A stretch of DNA of 62,899 nucleotides, filler included, from Chiloscyllium plagiosum (GCF_004010195.1; 4 parts of one record of this genome joined end to end with filler, not necessarily neighbours in it); one strand, 5' to 3'; shown: positions 38,560 through 51,400, numbered from the whole stretch's first letter. Numbers and translations are program-made. The notes: a model not told the origin generated them from the letters alone.

Positions 38560-39130
38560 TTCGTGGAATTTCATACGCGAATCGTTCAGAATTGGTTACC
38601 GTTCCTGCCATAGGATGGAAACAGTCTTGCTAAAGTCACAAATAATGTGCTATGTGACTCCCCCTCCTTGTCCTCTTGACCTCTATCCAGGTTTTGACAC
38701 AATTGACCCACTGAATTCTATTCTGACACATCTGCACTGTTGGCGAACTGAGTGGGACTGCAGTCACCTAATTCTATTCTTATTGGTCTATTCATAGCTA
38801 GAGAACCCCACCACAGTGGCTTCATTTCCCAATTTATCTCTGGTATCCACCAAGGATCTATCCTTGGACTTTTCCTATTTCGCATCTGTGTGCTGCCTTT
38901 CAGTGGTACTATGTGCAGGCACAGCATCTGTTTCCTCACCTACGCTCTCTCTTCATTACTTCTCACAAACTCCCTGCTATCTCTAACTTGTCTGGTGGTG
39001 TTACATCCACTACCGCATGAGCAGAAATTTCCGACAGCTAAATATTTTAAAACCTGGAGTCATTGTTCCAGTCCCTGTCGCAAACTTTCAGTCCTTTGTC
39101 AGTGACTCCAACCCCCTCCCTGGCACACTA
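38560..39130 (+). mobile_element. L2-clade LINE RT fragment
   Basis: AKVTN...VLLDL..GFDTID and SGIHQGSILGLFLF.I.VLP...HSICFLTYA motifs. Confidence 0.72.
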
Positions 39131-39411
39131 GATCATATGAGGCCCAAGGTTTCATTATGAGGCCAAATGCTGCACTGCTATCCTCCCAGCTCAGAGACTA
39201 ACCTGTCAAGTAAGTTCAAAACCTATCTACTGGATCTCTCCTTTCTTACAGGGCTCCAGCCCACCCACTGAAATCTTCTAGCCCAGATTTGTGCTCCCAG
39301 ATCAGGTCTGCCAGAACATGCCATTCATTTTAGCTTCACTTAGTCCAATTCCCGGGGAAGCCTGCCACTTCCAAATTAATTTCCAGGACCTTCACTCTGG
39401 ATCAGGCCTTG

Positions 39412-39682
39412 GGTAACTGACTGTGTGGAGTTTGCATGTTCTTCCTGTATCCGTGTGAGTTTCTACTGGGTGCCATGGTTTCCTCCAAATGTTTGCAGGT
39501 TAGGTGGACTGACCATGCTGAATCACCCTCTGGTGTCCAGGAATGTACAGGCTAGGTGGATGAGCATGTGGGGATAAGGTAGGGATAAGGTAGGGATCTG
39601 AGTAAGATGCTCTTCAGAGGGTCAGTGCATTCTTGATAGAACCGAAAAGCCTCTTTCTACACTGCACTGTAGGGACTCTATG
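39412..39682 (+). mobile_element. V-SINE, 5'-truncated
   Basis: ctgtgtggagtttgcatgttct V-domain plus tail. Confidence 0.8.
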
Positions 39683-40240
39683 GTGATATTTGGGGCTGAA
39701 TGGCCTATTTCTGCTTCCATCTGTCATGTCTCGGGCAGCTGAAAACAGAATGCTAAAGTGGAGGATGCAAATGAGATTTGAGGCAAATTCATGCTCAGGA
39801 CTCCTACAGCTTTTAAATAATAATTCGAGTATTTACTATGTAAAAATTGATTATACATTTAATTTTAATTAATTAATTATATTACATTAACCCAGGAGTC
39901 TATGAATCCTAAATATTATTTTTGTTTTGCTATGTGTGAAACTTGATGCTGGTTCATTGCATGATTCTCTGAGTTCAATATTTTCCACAAGTAGATACAC
40001 ATCATGACAAAAATCCTGTAAATTTATCTATTCAGCGTTCATGCTTTTACAAACTCACATGTGTAAAGTCATTGACTTTCAAGTTGTGCGTGAAGAGAAG
40101 CATCATATTATAGAGCTGCTTTCATGTTCTTAGGCACTTTACAACGAACGTTCATCCAAGTTTGTTAAAGTTTAAGTTAATACAGTGCAATTACTTTCAA
40201 ATGAATAGACTTAGGTATCATCATACTTTTAGTAGCGTTA

Positions 40241-40400
40241 TACTGAAGTTAACGTACGGTGACTGAGGTTAGTAAAGTGTCATGGAGACGAGTAAGGTTA
40301 CACTGAATTTATCGAGTTGTCACTGAAGTTAATATACAGTACTGTCATCGAAGGTCACACTGAAGCTGGTCAATTGTCACTAGAACTGATAAAGTGCTGA
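40241..40400 (+). repeat. Highly degenerate ~20-bp-period tandem array
   Basis: (c/t/g)actga motifs at 40241, 40261, 40301, 40321, 40358; variants at 40281, 40341, 40378. Confidence 0.65.
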
Positions 40401-40445
40401 CAGGTCTGCAGCTTTGACACCATACTCAGTCTTGCTTCTCCTTGG

Positions 40446-40566
40446 CAAAAGTGAGGACTGCAGATGCTGGAAACCAGAGTCTAGATTAGAGTGGTGCTGG
40501 AAAAGCACAGCAGGTCAGGCAGCATCCGAGGAGGAGGAAAATCGACGTTTCAGGCAAAAGCCCTTG
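40446..40566 (-). mobile_element. Penelope-like terminal-repeat fragment
   Basis: Same family as 12756 and 23062. Confidence 0.7.
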
Positions 40567-41039
40567 CTTGTCCTTGTACATTCCAAACAAGCTGAGTTGA
40601 GTGTGCCATCTGAGACCAGGCCCATCTTCATACCAAGGCAAAATGGAGACTGCATGCTCTGAGGGTGAAGGCAGAATGTTCTGTTCCTTATGCTCCTTAG
40701 AGTCAGGGTTGGGAAACTATTATGTTACTGTGCTATTAATTGGTGACATGGGACTGGAAGTTAAAACTCAGTGCCCTAAGTATGCTATTTGGGGATTAGC
40801 TGTGAACCAACTTAATTGCCTGTGCACAAGAAACGGGGAGCCATTGTGATTCTATTGAAAGTTTACCACAGACCTCTAGATCAACATAACTCCTAGCCGG
40901 AGAATCTATGTTGGAATTGGCACTTCCTAGTTCAGACTCTGTCACACTCATTCATCTTAAAGGAGATACACAGGTCCCAAATTCCTTGCAGAGGGTGTTG
41001 CACTGTCATAGCTTTCTGATTTACAGTAAACTCCAGTCC

Positions 41040-41420
41040 AAAAACTTATAGAAAGTCTACCGCATTCTACAAGAATGGTTCTAGGGATGAGGAACTAGAA
41101 TTACGAAGATAGAACTGCTTACCTTGGGGGGGGGGGGGGGGGGGCAGAAAAAAAGGCTGAGAGGTGATATGATAGAAATCTTCAAAATCACGAGGGGTTT
41201 GAACATTGTAGATAGAGAGAAACTGTTCCACTCATCGGATGATGGAGAACAAGAGGACATACATTTGAAGTGATCGACGAAAGAAACAAAAGAGACATGA
41301 GGAAAAACATTGTGACAGATCAAATGGTTAAGGTCTGAAATAAAGTGCCTGAGAGTATAAGGGAGGCAGGGTCAAACGAGCGTTAGCCTATTACATGAAA
41401 AGGAAGAAAGTGCAGTAATA
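41040..41420 (+). mobile_element. Old CR1 3' fragment
   Basis: RLRGDMIEIFKITRG motif; contains a 19-G run at 41126-41144. Confidence 0.7.
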
Positions 41421-41805
41421 ATTCTGTGATTGTGTGTTATCTATAGTTAAGTATACAGTCAACCGAAGGCTGGTTTATTCACCACAGAAAGCAAATTCTG
41501 ACCTATTAATCCAGGCATATACTTCCAGTTACAGTTCACAATTTTATTTCACAATATTTTTGAGTACATGCTCTCTTTTTAGCTGGGAGAAACAAACTCT
41601 TATTGAATGCTACTGCAAATTGTGAAGACGATTCAATTGACGATGCAACACTTCGCCCGATTTGAATTAAGATCTGATTAGGATGCCGTTGTGCAGTTAT
41701 TTGTTTCAACCCAAAGCTCATTAACAACCATATACAAATATTAACAAGTTACTGCAAAATGATATGGTTTGTACATAAGAAGGGATTCTAATGGAAAAGC
41801 ACTGA

Positions 41806-42070
41806 CAGAATCCCTACAGTGTGGAAGCAGGCCCTTTGGCCCATAAAACACCGTCCCTCTGAAGAGCATCCTGCCTCGGGCCACATCCTCTACCCTATCC
41901 CTGTAACCCTGCATTTCCCATGGCTGACCCAGGTAACTCATATATCCCTGGACACTATGGGAAGTTTATCATGACCAAGCCACCTAACCTGTACACCTTT
42001 GGACTGTGTGAGGAAACTGGAGCATCCAGAGGAAATCCACGCTAACACCAGGAGAATGTACAAACTCCAG
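41806..42070 (-). mobile_element. V-SINE fragment
   Basis: Reverse complement of the HE1 body and tail. Confidence 0.8.
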
Positions 42071-42187
42071 TGAAGGCTTAGGTTTACTCAGATGCTGCAT
42101 GGATTAGAAGCTATAAGCTATAAGGAGAGGCTAAAAGAAAACTGGGGTTGTTTTCCCTGGAGTTGTGCAGGCTGCGGAAAGACTTGA

Positions 42188-42803
42188 TAATATACTGGCA
42201 AGGAGATTTGCTAGAACTGTTTGGGAGGATTTAAACTAGTAAGGGGGTGCGGGGGGGGGACCCAGGGAGATAGTGAGGAAAGAGATCGATCTGAGACGGG
42301 TACAGCTGAGAACAGAAGTGAGTCAAACAGTCAGGGCAGGCAGGGATAAGGTAGGACTAATAAATTAAACTACATTTATTACAATGCAAGGGGCCTAACA
42401 GGGAAGGCAGATGAACTCAGGGCATGGTTAGGAACATGGGACTGGGATATCATAGCAATTACAGAAACATGGCTCAGAGATGGGCAGGACTGGCAGCTTA
42501 ATGTTCCAGGATACAAATGCTACAGGAAAGATAGAAAGGGAGGCAAGAGAGGAGGGAGAGTGGCATTTTTGATAAGGGATAGCATTACAGCTGTGCTGAG
42601 GGAAGATATTCCCGGAAATACATCCAGGGAAGTTATTTGGGTGGAACTGAAAAATAAGAAAGGGATGATCATCTTATTGGGATTGTATTATAGACCCCCC
42701 AATAGTCAGAGGGAAATTGAGAAACAAACTTGTAAGGAGATCTCAGCTATCTGTAAGAATAATAGAATCGTTATGGTAGGGGATTTTAACTTTCCAAACA
42801 TAG
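42188..42803 (+). mobile_element. Young CR1 LINE: end of ORF1 and intact start of the ORF2 endonuclease, truncated by the gap
   Basis: NILARRFARTVWEDLN* then an uninterrupted YYNARGL..DIIAITETWL...RKDR..GGRVA...GLYYRPPN...VGDFNFPNI. Confidence 0.9.
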
Positions 42804-42903
42804 NNNNNNNNNNNNNNNNNNNNNNNNNNNNNNNNNNNNNNNNNNNNTTAATTAATTAANNNNNNNNNNNNNNNNNNNNNNNNNNNNNNNNNNNNNNNNN
42901 NNN
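42804..42903. other. Artificial assembly join (44N-TTAATTAATTAA-44N)
   Basis: Same 100-bp linker. Confidence 0.97.
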
Positions 42904-42965
42904 TCGATCATAATATGTAGAAAGAAACCAAACATCCCTGTATAAACTCATGCCCATTCTTGGGA

Positions 42966-43074
42966 CATTCCAGTCTAATGTTCTCAGATTGTGATCCATT
43001 GCTGTTACATTCCAGTCTAATGTTCTCAGATTCTGATTTATTGTTGAAACATTCCAGACTCTTGTGCTCAGATT
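42966..43074. repeat. Three 25-bp repeats at 42-bp period with divergent 17-bp spacers
   Basis: cattccagtctaatgttctcagatt at 42966 and 43008; variant at 43050. Confidence 0.85.
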
Positions 43075-43177
43075 TTGACCTCTCTACCCTGTCTCTCTGG
43101 AGCTGCTGAGTCCTGCTGAAAAATGTGTTGCTGGAAAAGCGCAGCAGGTCAGGCAACATCAAAGGAGATGGAGAATC

Positions 43178-43205
43178 GACGTTTCGGGCATAAGCCCTTC
43201 TTCAG
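43178..43205 (-). ncRNA. Minimal hammerhead ribozyme core in a Penelope-like fragment (43116-43209)
   Basis: Minus strand CTGAAGAAGGGCTTATGCCCGAAACGTC, identical to 22658-22685. Confidence 0.7.
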
Positions 43206-43984
43206 GAACCTGAAGTACCACCTACTGATCCCTGTTAACACTGTTGGTGATGCTCCCACCATACTGTGGGATAACACATTGAACGGAGCCCACTTATCAT
43301 TAAAAGATGGAAACCGTCCACTGGGGTAATTGCAACCCATGGAGACGAACATTAATCACAGTCACTGAACAAACAGGCCCAGTTAACCCCTTCCTGACAT
43401 CACTTTTCATATTCCCAATAAAATGGAACATTTACTCGGTGTGGATGGAATGGATGGGCGTTGCCTTGGGATGGACCATAAATCTTTCAATATTCTAATT
43501 GTTTCTGCCGTGTATGTGGGAGTAGTGCCAGAACACTGCAGGACTGTGTATATTACATACTGTTTATAAAGGGCGACAGTGAAAAAGTAACAGAACCGCT
43601 GCATAAGGAGACTGGTGGGGTAATTTCCAGAGCCAATAAACCAGTGGATATATTTATTGTCGATTTACTTTGTGTAATGTTGCTCCTGGTTTTATGTGCA
43701 CTGTTGTCAAATTCTTCCATAACCTTGGGACATCATTTAGAGCATCGAGACTGCAGCACAGGAACAGGAGGAATAATTCTGTCCCCATGCCCCTGTTGCA
43801 AAGGGACAGCGGGAGGCCATTCAGCCTCTCAAGCCTGTTACAGAGGGACAGGAGGGGGCCATTCTGCTTCTTGAGCCTGTTATGCAGGAACTATCAGTTG
43901 TAAAATCCCTCTGGAGAAGAATAGTCCTACTGTTTTAAGTTTCGTCAGGCCAACATTTAACGTTTTATGTTGGCACTTTGAAAA

Positions 43985-45510
43985 GCTGCTTTGGAGAAGC
44001 TATTGGCGGGAAAGTGGGAGCCCTTCACAAGTGAGTTACAGAGTCTAGCGACAGCATCTTACTGTCCATGAGCAGGGTAAGGCTGGTAGGTGTAGGGAAT
44101 GCTGAATGGCGAGCAGAATTGATGCTCTGTTCAAGAAAAGGCGTTAGCATATGATAGGTACAGACAGTAGGGATCGAGTGAATCCATCGTGGAATACCAG
44201 GGCTGTAGGATAATACCCAAGAGGGAAATCAGGAGGGCAAAATGGGGACATAAGATATCTTTCGAAAATAGGGTAAGGGACATTCCAAAGAGATTTTATA
44301 TCTATATTAAGGTCAAAAGAGGAACTCTGGAGAGAGCAGGACCCCTGAAAGATCAGCAGAGTGACCTATGTGTGGAACTACAGGAGATCCGTGAGATACT
44401 AAATACAAATTTTGCATTAGTATTTACTGTGGAGTAGGATATGGAAGGTAGAGTACTTGGGGAAATGAATAGTGATATCTTGAAAATTCCATATTACAGA
44501 AGATGAGGAGCTGGATATTTTAGAATGCATAAAGGTGGATAACCCCCTCTGACCTATTAAGTGACTCTTGGTTAGTCACATGGATTTTAATACAATGAAG
44601 GGCATGAAGGTTAATCTGACCTTAGAGTAGGAAAAACTGCCGGCACAACATCAACAGCTCAAGGATCTGTACTGTGCTGCACTGTTCTATGATCCATGAA
44701 CTAATCAGATGTACCCCAAATCTGTTGGGAAGCTAAGGAAGTAATTGTTCAGTCTCTGGCTGAGATATTTGCATCATGGACAGTCACACGTAAGGTTATG
44801 CCATTGTTTAAGAGCAGTTGGTAAGGAAAAGTCAGGAAACTGTAGACAAGTGGGACTGATGTCATTGGTGGGTAAGTTGTTAGGGGGGACTCTGAGGGAC
44901 AGCATTTACTTGTGTTTGGAAATGTAAATTCCAATTAGCAATATTCAGCGTGACTTTGTGTGTTGGAAATCGCGTCCCACTAATTTGATTTAGCGTTTTG
45001 AAGAAGTGACGAATAAGATTGACGAAGGCACAGAAATAGAACTGTGAAATAGAAATATAGACTTTAGTAAGGCATTCAAAAATGTTCCGCATGGTAAACT
45101 GGTTAGCATGGTGAGATCACATGGAATACAGGGACAGTTGGGGGTAATTCGCTCAAAGGTAACAGAACGAAGGAAATGTTTGTGAACTGTTATTTTTTTG
45201 GACTGGAGGCCTGTGACCAGCAGTGTACCACAAGAATCGAATGGATTTTGTCATTTTATATAAATGATTTGGATGTGAATACAATAGGAATGGTTAGTGA
45301 GTTTGCAGATAACACCAAAATTGGTGAGGTAGTGGACAGTGAGGATGGTTTACTCAGAGTAAAACGGGACGCTGATCAGATATACTAAAGGGCCAAAGAG
45401 TGGCTGATGGAGATCAGGTTAGACAAACGAAAGGTGTAACATTTTGTTGAGGTAAATTATGTCATGACTTATAGGTAGGATCCTGGGCAGCGTTTTCAAA
45501 CACAGACAGC
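43985..45510 (+). mobile_element. Degenerate CR1 LINE ORF2
   Basis: KREIRRAK.GH, PKRFY.YIK.KR, FYINDLD..SEFADNTKIG. Confidence 0.85.
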
Positions 45511-45514
45511 TACA

Positions 45515-45865
45515 TAGAAATTATAGAAGCCCTGCAGTGTGAAACCAGGCTATTTGGCCCACCGAGTCCACACTGACCCTCCAGATAACATCCCGAACAA
45601 CAAACACAAACGTTACCCCGGTAACTCTACATTTCCCATAGACAATCCAGTGAACCTGCCCATCCCTGGATACTGCGGAACAATTTAGTGAGGTCACTGA
45701 ACCTAACTTGGATATTTTTGGCTGTGAGAGGAAAACCAAGCACCCAGAGGAAACTCACGCACACACAGGGAGAAGGTGCAAACACCGTACAGAGAGTCAC
45801 CAAAGGGTGGAATCGAACCCAGGTCATTGGCGCTGCAAGGCAGTATTGCTAGCCACTGTGCCAAT
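45515..45865 (-). mobile_element. Degenerate V-SINE
   Basis: Reverse-complement head (gggttcgattcc B box) and V-domain. Confidence 0.8.
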
Positions 45866-47249
45866 CAATGACCAGTTGCGAGTGAAACTGCATCCTGACA
45901 CTTTCTCCGGATCTGTTGCATCTCTGCAAAAGATGTTGAATTCCAATGCGGTACTTCTGACAATCCCTCCTTTACCTTCACCCCAGGATTCACCCTTTCC
46001 CCTTCTTCCCAGATCAAGTTGTCTATTAACACTGCAGCATGCAAGATAATTGATTATCTAAAATTAAACAAAGAGCTGCATATACTGCAGATCGCAAACC
46101 AAAGCTGTTCTGATGAAGAATCCCCAAATTAAAAATGTTGACTCACTCTCTTCCTACAGAGGATTAGGAAAAAATGAATGCTGAAATGAATTCCAGATGA
46201 AAGGCTTACGACCGAAACATAGACTCTCCTGCTCCTTGGATGCGCCCTGATTGCTGTGCTATTCGAGGGCCAGACTTTCGACTTTCTTCCTTCAAGTGGT
46301 ACCAGACCCGTTGAGTTTTGCCTGCAAACGCTTGTATATCGAATTTCCTGTTTTGAACGTACACATCTTTCCCTGCAGTATTGACTTTCATACACATTTC
46401 CCAGAAGTGTTTGCTTGTACTTTTTGATTATCACCTCCAGTCAAATTGTTTCTGTGTAATTTGATTGCTGGGTTAAGATGAATGGTAGATTCAGCGAGAT
46501 CTTTCCTGAGGCTTTTCTTGATATCACAAAACCTCGCTGCACTTTGTTCGAACAATATACGAATTGGAAAGGCAGAGAAGGATATGGGACAAGTGCAGGG
46601 AAATGGGGTTAATGTGGACAGACATTTTGGTTCGTATGGACCAGTTTTGGCTGAAGGGCCTGTCTCCGTGCATAACTGTAAATGAAAATGGTTTTGGGTA
46701 TAGACAGAGAGGGTGAGATTGAGCAACAATGCAATGGAAGGATGTGTTCACAGGTTTCCGAATGATGACATACAGACATTTCGATAGCATCCGGCAAAAT
46801 AAGCCAGTATTACCAGGAATGATGGTGAACAGAATATAGGTTTGAGTTCAAATGATGGAGAGTTTTTGATGAGGATTTGTTCTGCAGCTCTGTAAATGTG
46901 AATGGGGTCAGCAGAGTCTTCAACCCATCCGTCTGATTCTAACAATAATTTATATTTGAGTGATTTTCATTGAGTGTGACAGAGGTATTGTCTACACGAG
47001 GCCGAGCTAGTTTCCTGGTGCTACCTTATCGAACTCACCTCATTAACTACCCACCCTCTCATTCATGGTGTCCCTCCCATTCAATGATAGACCGATTCTC
47101 CCACCCAACTTGGCTGGAGGTACCCACCATCGTCCGGATGCCCCTGGATATTCTATAATCCCTGGCACTGGTGCCATCTTTAAAAGGACAATGGACACTC
47201 GATTGAGCTTTCCTCAGGTTGGAGCTGCCATGTACAGTTTGCCCAGAGG

Positions 47250-47445
47250 ATAGCAGATAAGGGTCAATTACACCACGGTTTGTCAACAGGGTCTCAAATA
47301 TCCTAGAGGATGGGTTAGTGGGCCACACCACCAGACCCACCGAGCATGATCTGAGCTCACCACCCAGCTCAGTGCAATATCTGCGATCTGTAGCAATGTC
47401 CAGCAATACAGGACAAACATCGATAACATTCCCCACTCTGCGAGG
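47250..47445 (+). pseudogene. Second Harbinger Myb/SANT exon-1 remnant
   Basis: ADKG..TPRFVNRVSNILEDGLV...A*SELTTQLSAISAICSNVQQYRTNIDNIPHSAR followed by ataag (decayed gtaag donor); parallels 29841-30076. Confidence 0.6.
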
Positions 47446-48239
47446 ATAAGGGTCATCGTATGCTCTCTGGTCTCTCAAACTCAATGTATGTCAGTTCCAG
47501 CACCGACACCCGAAAAAGGCTTATGATTACCAATCTCACTCCTGCATGCAGCGCCCCCCTCCATCCCTCTGTGTCTCTTGGCTTTTTAATATCCCAACAG
47601 ATTGTAGAATGCTCCGGAGAATGCTGATTATGGAATGTTTCAAATAATTTTCCAAATAATTCCGAGTTTCAAGAAAATGGCAGTGGCCCAGTGTGTAAAA
47701 CATTAGGTGAAGGAACAGAGTTTTTATTTTAATTCACATGCAATTAAAATCTACAATGAGTCCATTCAGCCCTTCAAATGTGCTGTACTATTTAATAAGA
47801 TCGGGGGTGATATGACTGTCTCCTGAGCTTCACGTTGCAGGAACTTTCAATCATTCAGCCCCCTGGTTTCCTGTCACTAACCAGACGACACTCACGCACT
47901 TTCTACCCTGAGTTTCTTCAAGCATGTGTTCGGGAGGCATTTCCCATGGGGACCAACCCTCCAAAAATATGTTCCATCAGCTTTTTACTTTCATACAATG
48001 TTTAGAACACTTCACACAGACCAAACAAAAATGTACTCATATTTTATAGTTATTGATATCTAATCACAATTCGTCCAAAGATAGCATCCAATCAACTGTC
48101 TCGCGATAAAATACAATATCCAGCGGAGATTATTTTCCCATCAGCCATTATCTTGACCTTTATTTGATTTGTACCTTTTTTCCTTCTTATCAAAGTTTTA
48201 ATTTTAATTTGAATTTGGTTATTCCTATCTATTGTAGTT

Positions 48240-48443
48240 ACACAGTCTCGCAATCTGTTCGCTGGATGGCTGGCTTGTGATGCGGAGGAAGGCCAACAGT
48301 GCAGGTTCAATTCCCCACACAGACAGAGGTTGCCACGAAGGGGACGCCCTCTCAACATCATCCTGTCACCCGTGGTGTGATGACCCTTAAGATCAACCAT
48401 AATTTATGGTCTCACTAATGAGAAAGTGGTCCTTTGGGACTCT
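48240..48443 (+). mobile_element. tRNA-derived SINE remnant
   Basis: B box GGTTCAATTCC at about 48304 with a decayed head. Confidence 0.45.
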
Positions 48444-48460
48444 ATTCTATCCATGATAAC

Positions 48461-51400
48461 ATTTTATTTTTTTTCAAAAATCTTTTTAGTCAGAGAAAAT
48501 CTTTTTAATGCTTCAATGAACCAATAAGTACTCAACTCAAGAAACAATGCAAATTGAACACAATTACACCCATGTGCATGTACATTAAAAAAAAAACAAA
48601 GTAAATCAACGGAACAAAGAAAAATAAAAAATAAAAAAAATAAACGAATAGTAGAAATCAGTGTAACAAAACTATAGCTCTCAACCTTCAAGAGCGTTAA
48701 GTAATACACGTTCATTTGTTCGTAAGTCTTCTTCTCTGGACATTAAATTCATTAGTCAAGTTCGTCATAGCTATATAAAAGTCCTTATTAGAGTGGCAGA
48801 TCAGCCTGTATCTTCGTAATTCTAAAAGGGCTGCCATGTCTTATAAAAATCCTTTATTTTCTGGTGCAACATGCCTTTAAAAAGTCCAAAGGGCTATGCT
48901 CCATGACGAGCAAACCAATAGACCCAGGGGGTTTTCAGACACCCAACACAACAGAACTTTTTTTTTTCTGAACACAGAGAGTGAGGGTATTGAAATAACT
49001 TTTCCTATGCACATCTGAGTAAGGTAGACTGGGCAGGGCCAGGAAAAGGGAAACCTGATCCATCTCCAATTCGGTCCCTAAGATCCTCTCCATCCCAGCG
49101 ACGGTGGGAGGTCATCAAGCAATTAGTAAGAGTGCCCATAGTCATTCCTTATTTAAGACATACTCCCATCTTGAATTTTGAGAGAGGATCTAGGGCCAGA
49201 TACTCTATGAAGAATCTTCAACTCCATGGCAAGAGTCTTCTTACAGATCGAAATCCTTCTTGCATTTTCACAAATATCCTCCCCTGTGTCCGAAGAGATC
49301 TGAACCCCCAACTCTCTTTGCAGACCTCAGAAAGGCTCAAAGTCTCGTCTGAGGGCCACTCTCCAACAAATGATAAAGGGTACTGACAGAGAGTGTGTTC
49401 TTCGCACTAAGCACCCTCTTCTCTGTATCGGATTTGTACGGGTCTGTTAAAAGCGTGGTTCTTTTTTGAATAACATCTCTGATCTGATAAAAAGAAAACA
49501 GAAGAGATCTCTACTCGGTAGTCTATAGTTACAACTTATTTGATCAAAGGATACCCTTGTTTTTCCCTCAGATAAATCATCAAAGCAAGATACACCCACG
49601 AGTTGCCCATAGTTTAAACATGGAATCGAGAACTCCCCCCGTCGGAAACACTGTACACCAAGTTTTGGGATAAGAAATGAGGTTTGGCTATATTGCCCTC
49701 GATCAGACACATTGCCCTCCCTACTTTAAAATTTTTGATACTCATTGGGAAATGGCAATACTCCGTAACTCTGTCCTCATTTTGTTTATGAATAGCAGAC
49801 TAATAAGGGAGCACTTTGCCTGAGAAGCTTCAATATCTTATTATATTGACACCGAGGCCTCACTAACACCGGGTAACAAAGAGCTTAATTGATAGCTTTA
49901 AATATCCGGGCGAACTACTCCCCACAAACTGTGGGGTCGTTGTAATTTGGTTAACTTGATAAGGGGTCGCTTATGGTGACAAGTCAAAGAGCTAAATCAT
50001 CCATTCAGTCTCCTAAATGTCTATCTGGGAAACATCAAATAAAGCATTCACATGGGGTATAGCAAGCAATGGAGGGAATTCATTTTAATAAGAGCTATCC
50101 GATCTAGCCAGAATATTGGAAGTGCCTCCCATCTTCTAAGGTCTTGTTTAATTTTGTCAAACAAATGGACAAATTCCACGTTAAATTTAAGTTCAAAGAT
50201 AGGATTAATGAATACAACTAAATAGGGAATATCCCCATAAACCCCGGGACCATTGAAAAAGAAACCAAGTTTCTCCATCGACATCAGGTATTTCCCCAAT
50301 ATTGCCTATAGACATGGCCTCCGACTTTGTAAAATCAATAGTATAGCCGGAAAAGGCACCATTCGAACTGATGCACTGCATGAGTTGAGGTACCAAAACT
50401 GTGGGATTTAACAAAAATATTATACCATCATCTGCAGACAATGTAATCTTAAGTGACTTCTCTCCCACTTCTGGGGCAGATATGTTGGGGTCCCTGCAGA
50501 TGGCCTTCACCAATGCCTCAATCACCAACGTAAACAACACTGGCGAAAGGGGTCTACTTTGGACTGCCTCTAGCAATATTAATGTTATAGATCGCACAAC
50601 ATTGGTGAGAAACGTGGCCAGAGGATCGCTTTCAAGGACCATCACCCACTTGATTAAAGCTTTGCCTCGACCCAATCATTCCAATGTATATAAGAGATAA
50701 AGCCATTCAACCCAATCAAATGCCTTCTCTGCCTCAAAAGGGATCACTCATACCTATATAATTTGTTCTGGACACGCTTGGACAATATTGAGTAATCTCC
50801 TATTATTGTTGGGAGTATCTGCAGCCTTTATAAGGTGGTGTGGTCCAGTTTGACAATGGAAGGATACACATTTTCCAGCCGTAATGTAAGGGTCTCAGAC
50901 AAGATTTTGAAATCAACATTTAAAAGTGAGATGGGCCTATAAGAAGCACAATCTTCCGGTGTCTTCGTTTTCTTAAGAATAAGAGAGACATGAACCTCTC
51001 TTAAGGATGGTAGGAGTCAGTCGTGACTGTGTGAGTGACTAACATGGTAAGCATCGGCCCTGACAATAGGTTTATAAATTACACATAAAACTCACTTGGA
51101 AATCCTTCAGGATCTGGCGCCTTTCCGCCCTGAAGCTGCTTTACACCCTCCAGCACTGACAATTAAGGCAAGACACCTACTTGTGGGTTACACCTGGAAT
51201 AGTCAAGTTCTTGAAGAAAGACTCCATTTTAATCCACCGAACCTCATTATGCTCAATCTAATATAATTCGGAGTAAAATCTCGGAAATGGTGCTTTAACC
51301 TTTATGCGATTGCAGGTAAGGGTTCCAGTACCTTCCCTGAGGCAATGGCTTTGGAGCTCTCTTTTCCACGCAAGATAGGCTAAATACTTGCCCGACTTAT

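Noticed and set aside
41126..41144. 19-G run as a functional G-quadruplex
   Set aside because: Lies within a decayed CR1; homopolymer slippage or sequencing error is the simpler explanation.
42966..43074. Repeat-spacer pattern as a CRISPR array
   Set aside because: Eukaryotic context, only three units, 17-nt spacers that resemble each other, no cas genes.
47059..47484. 141-aa minus-strand ORF as a novel gene
   Set aside because: Better explained as antisense to a decayed Myb/SANT exon; no recognisable domain.
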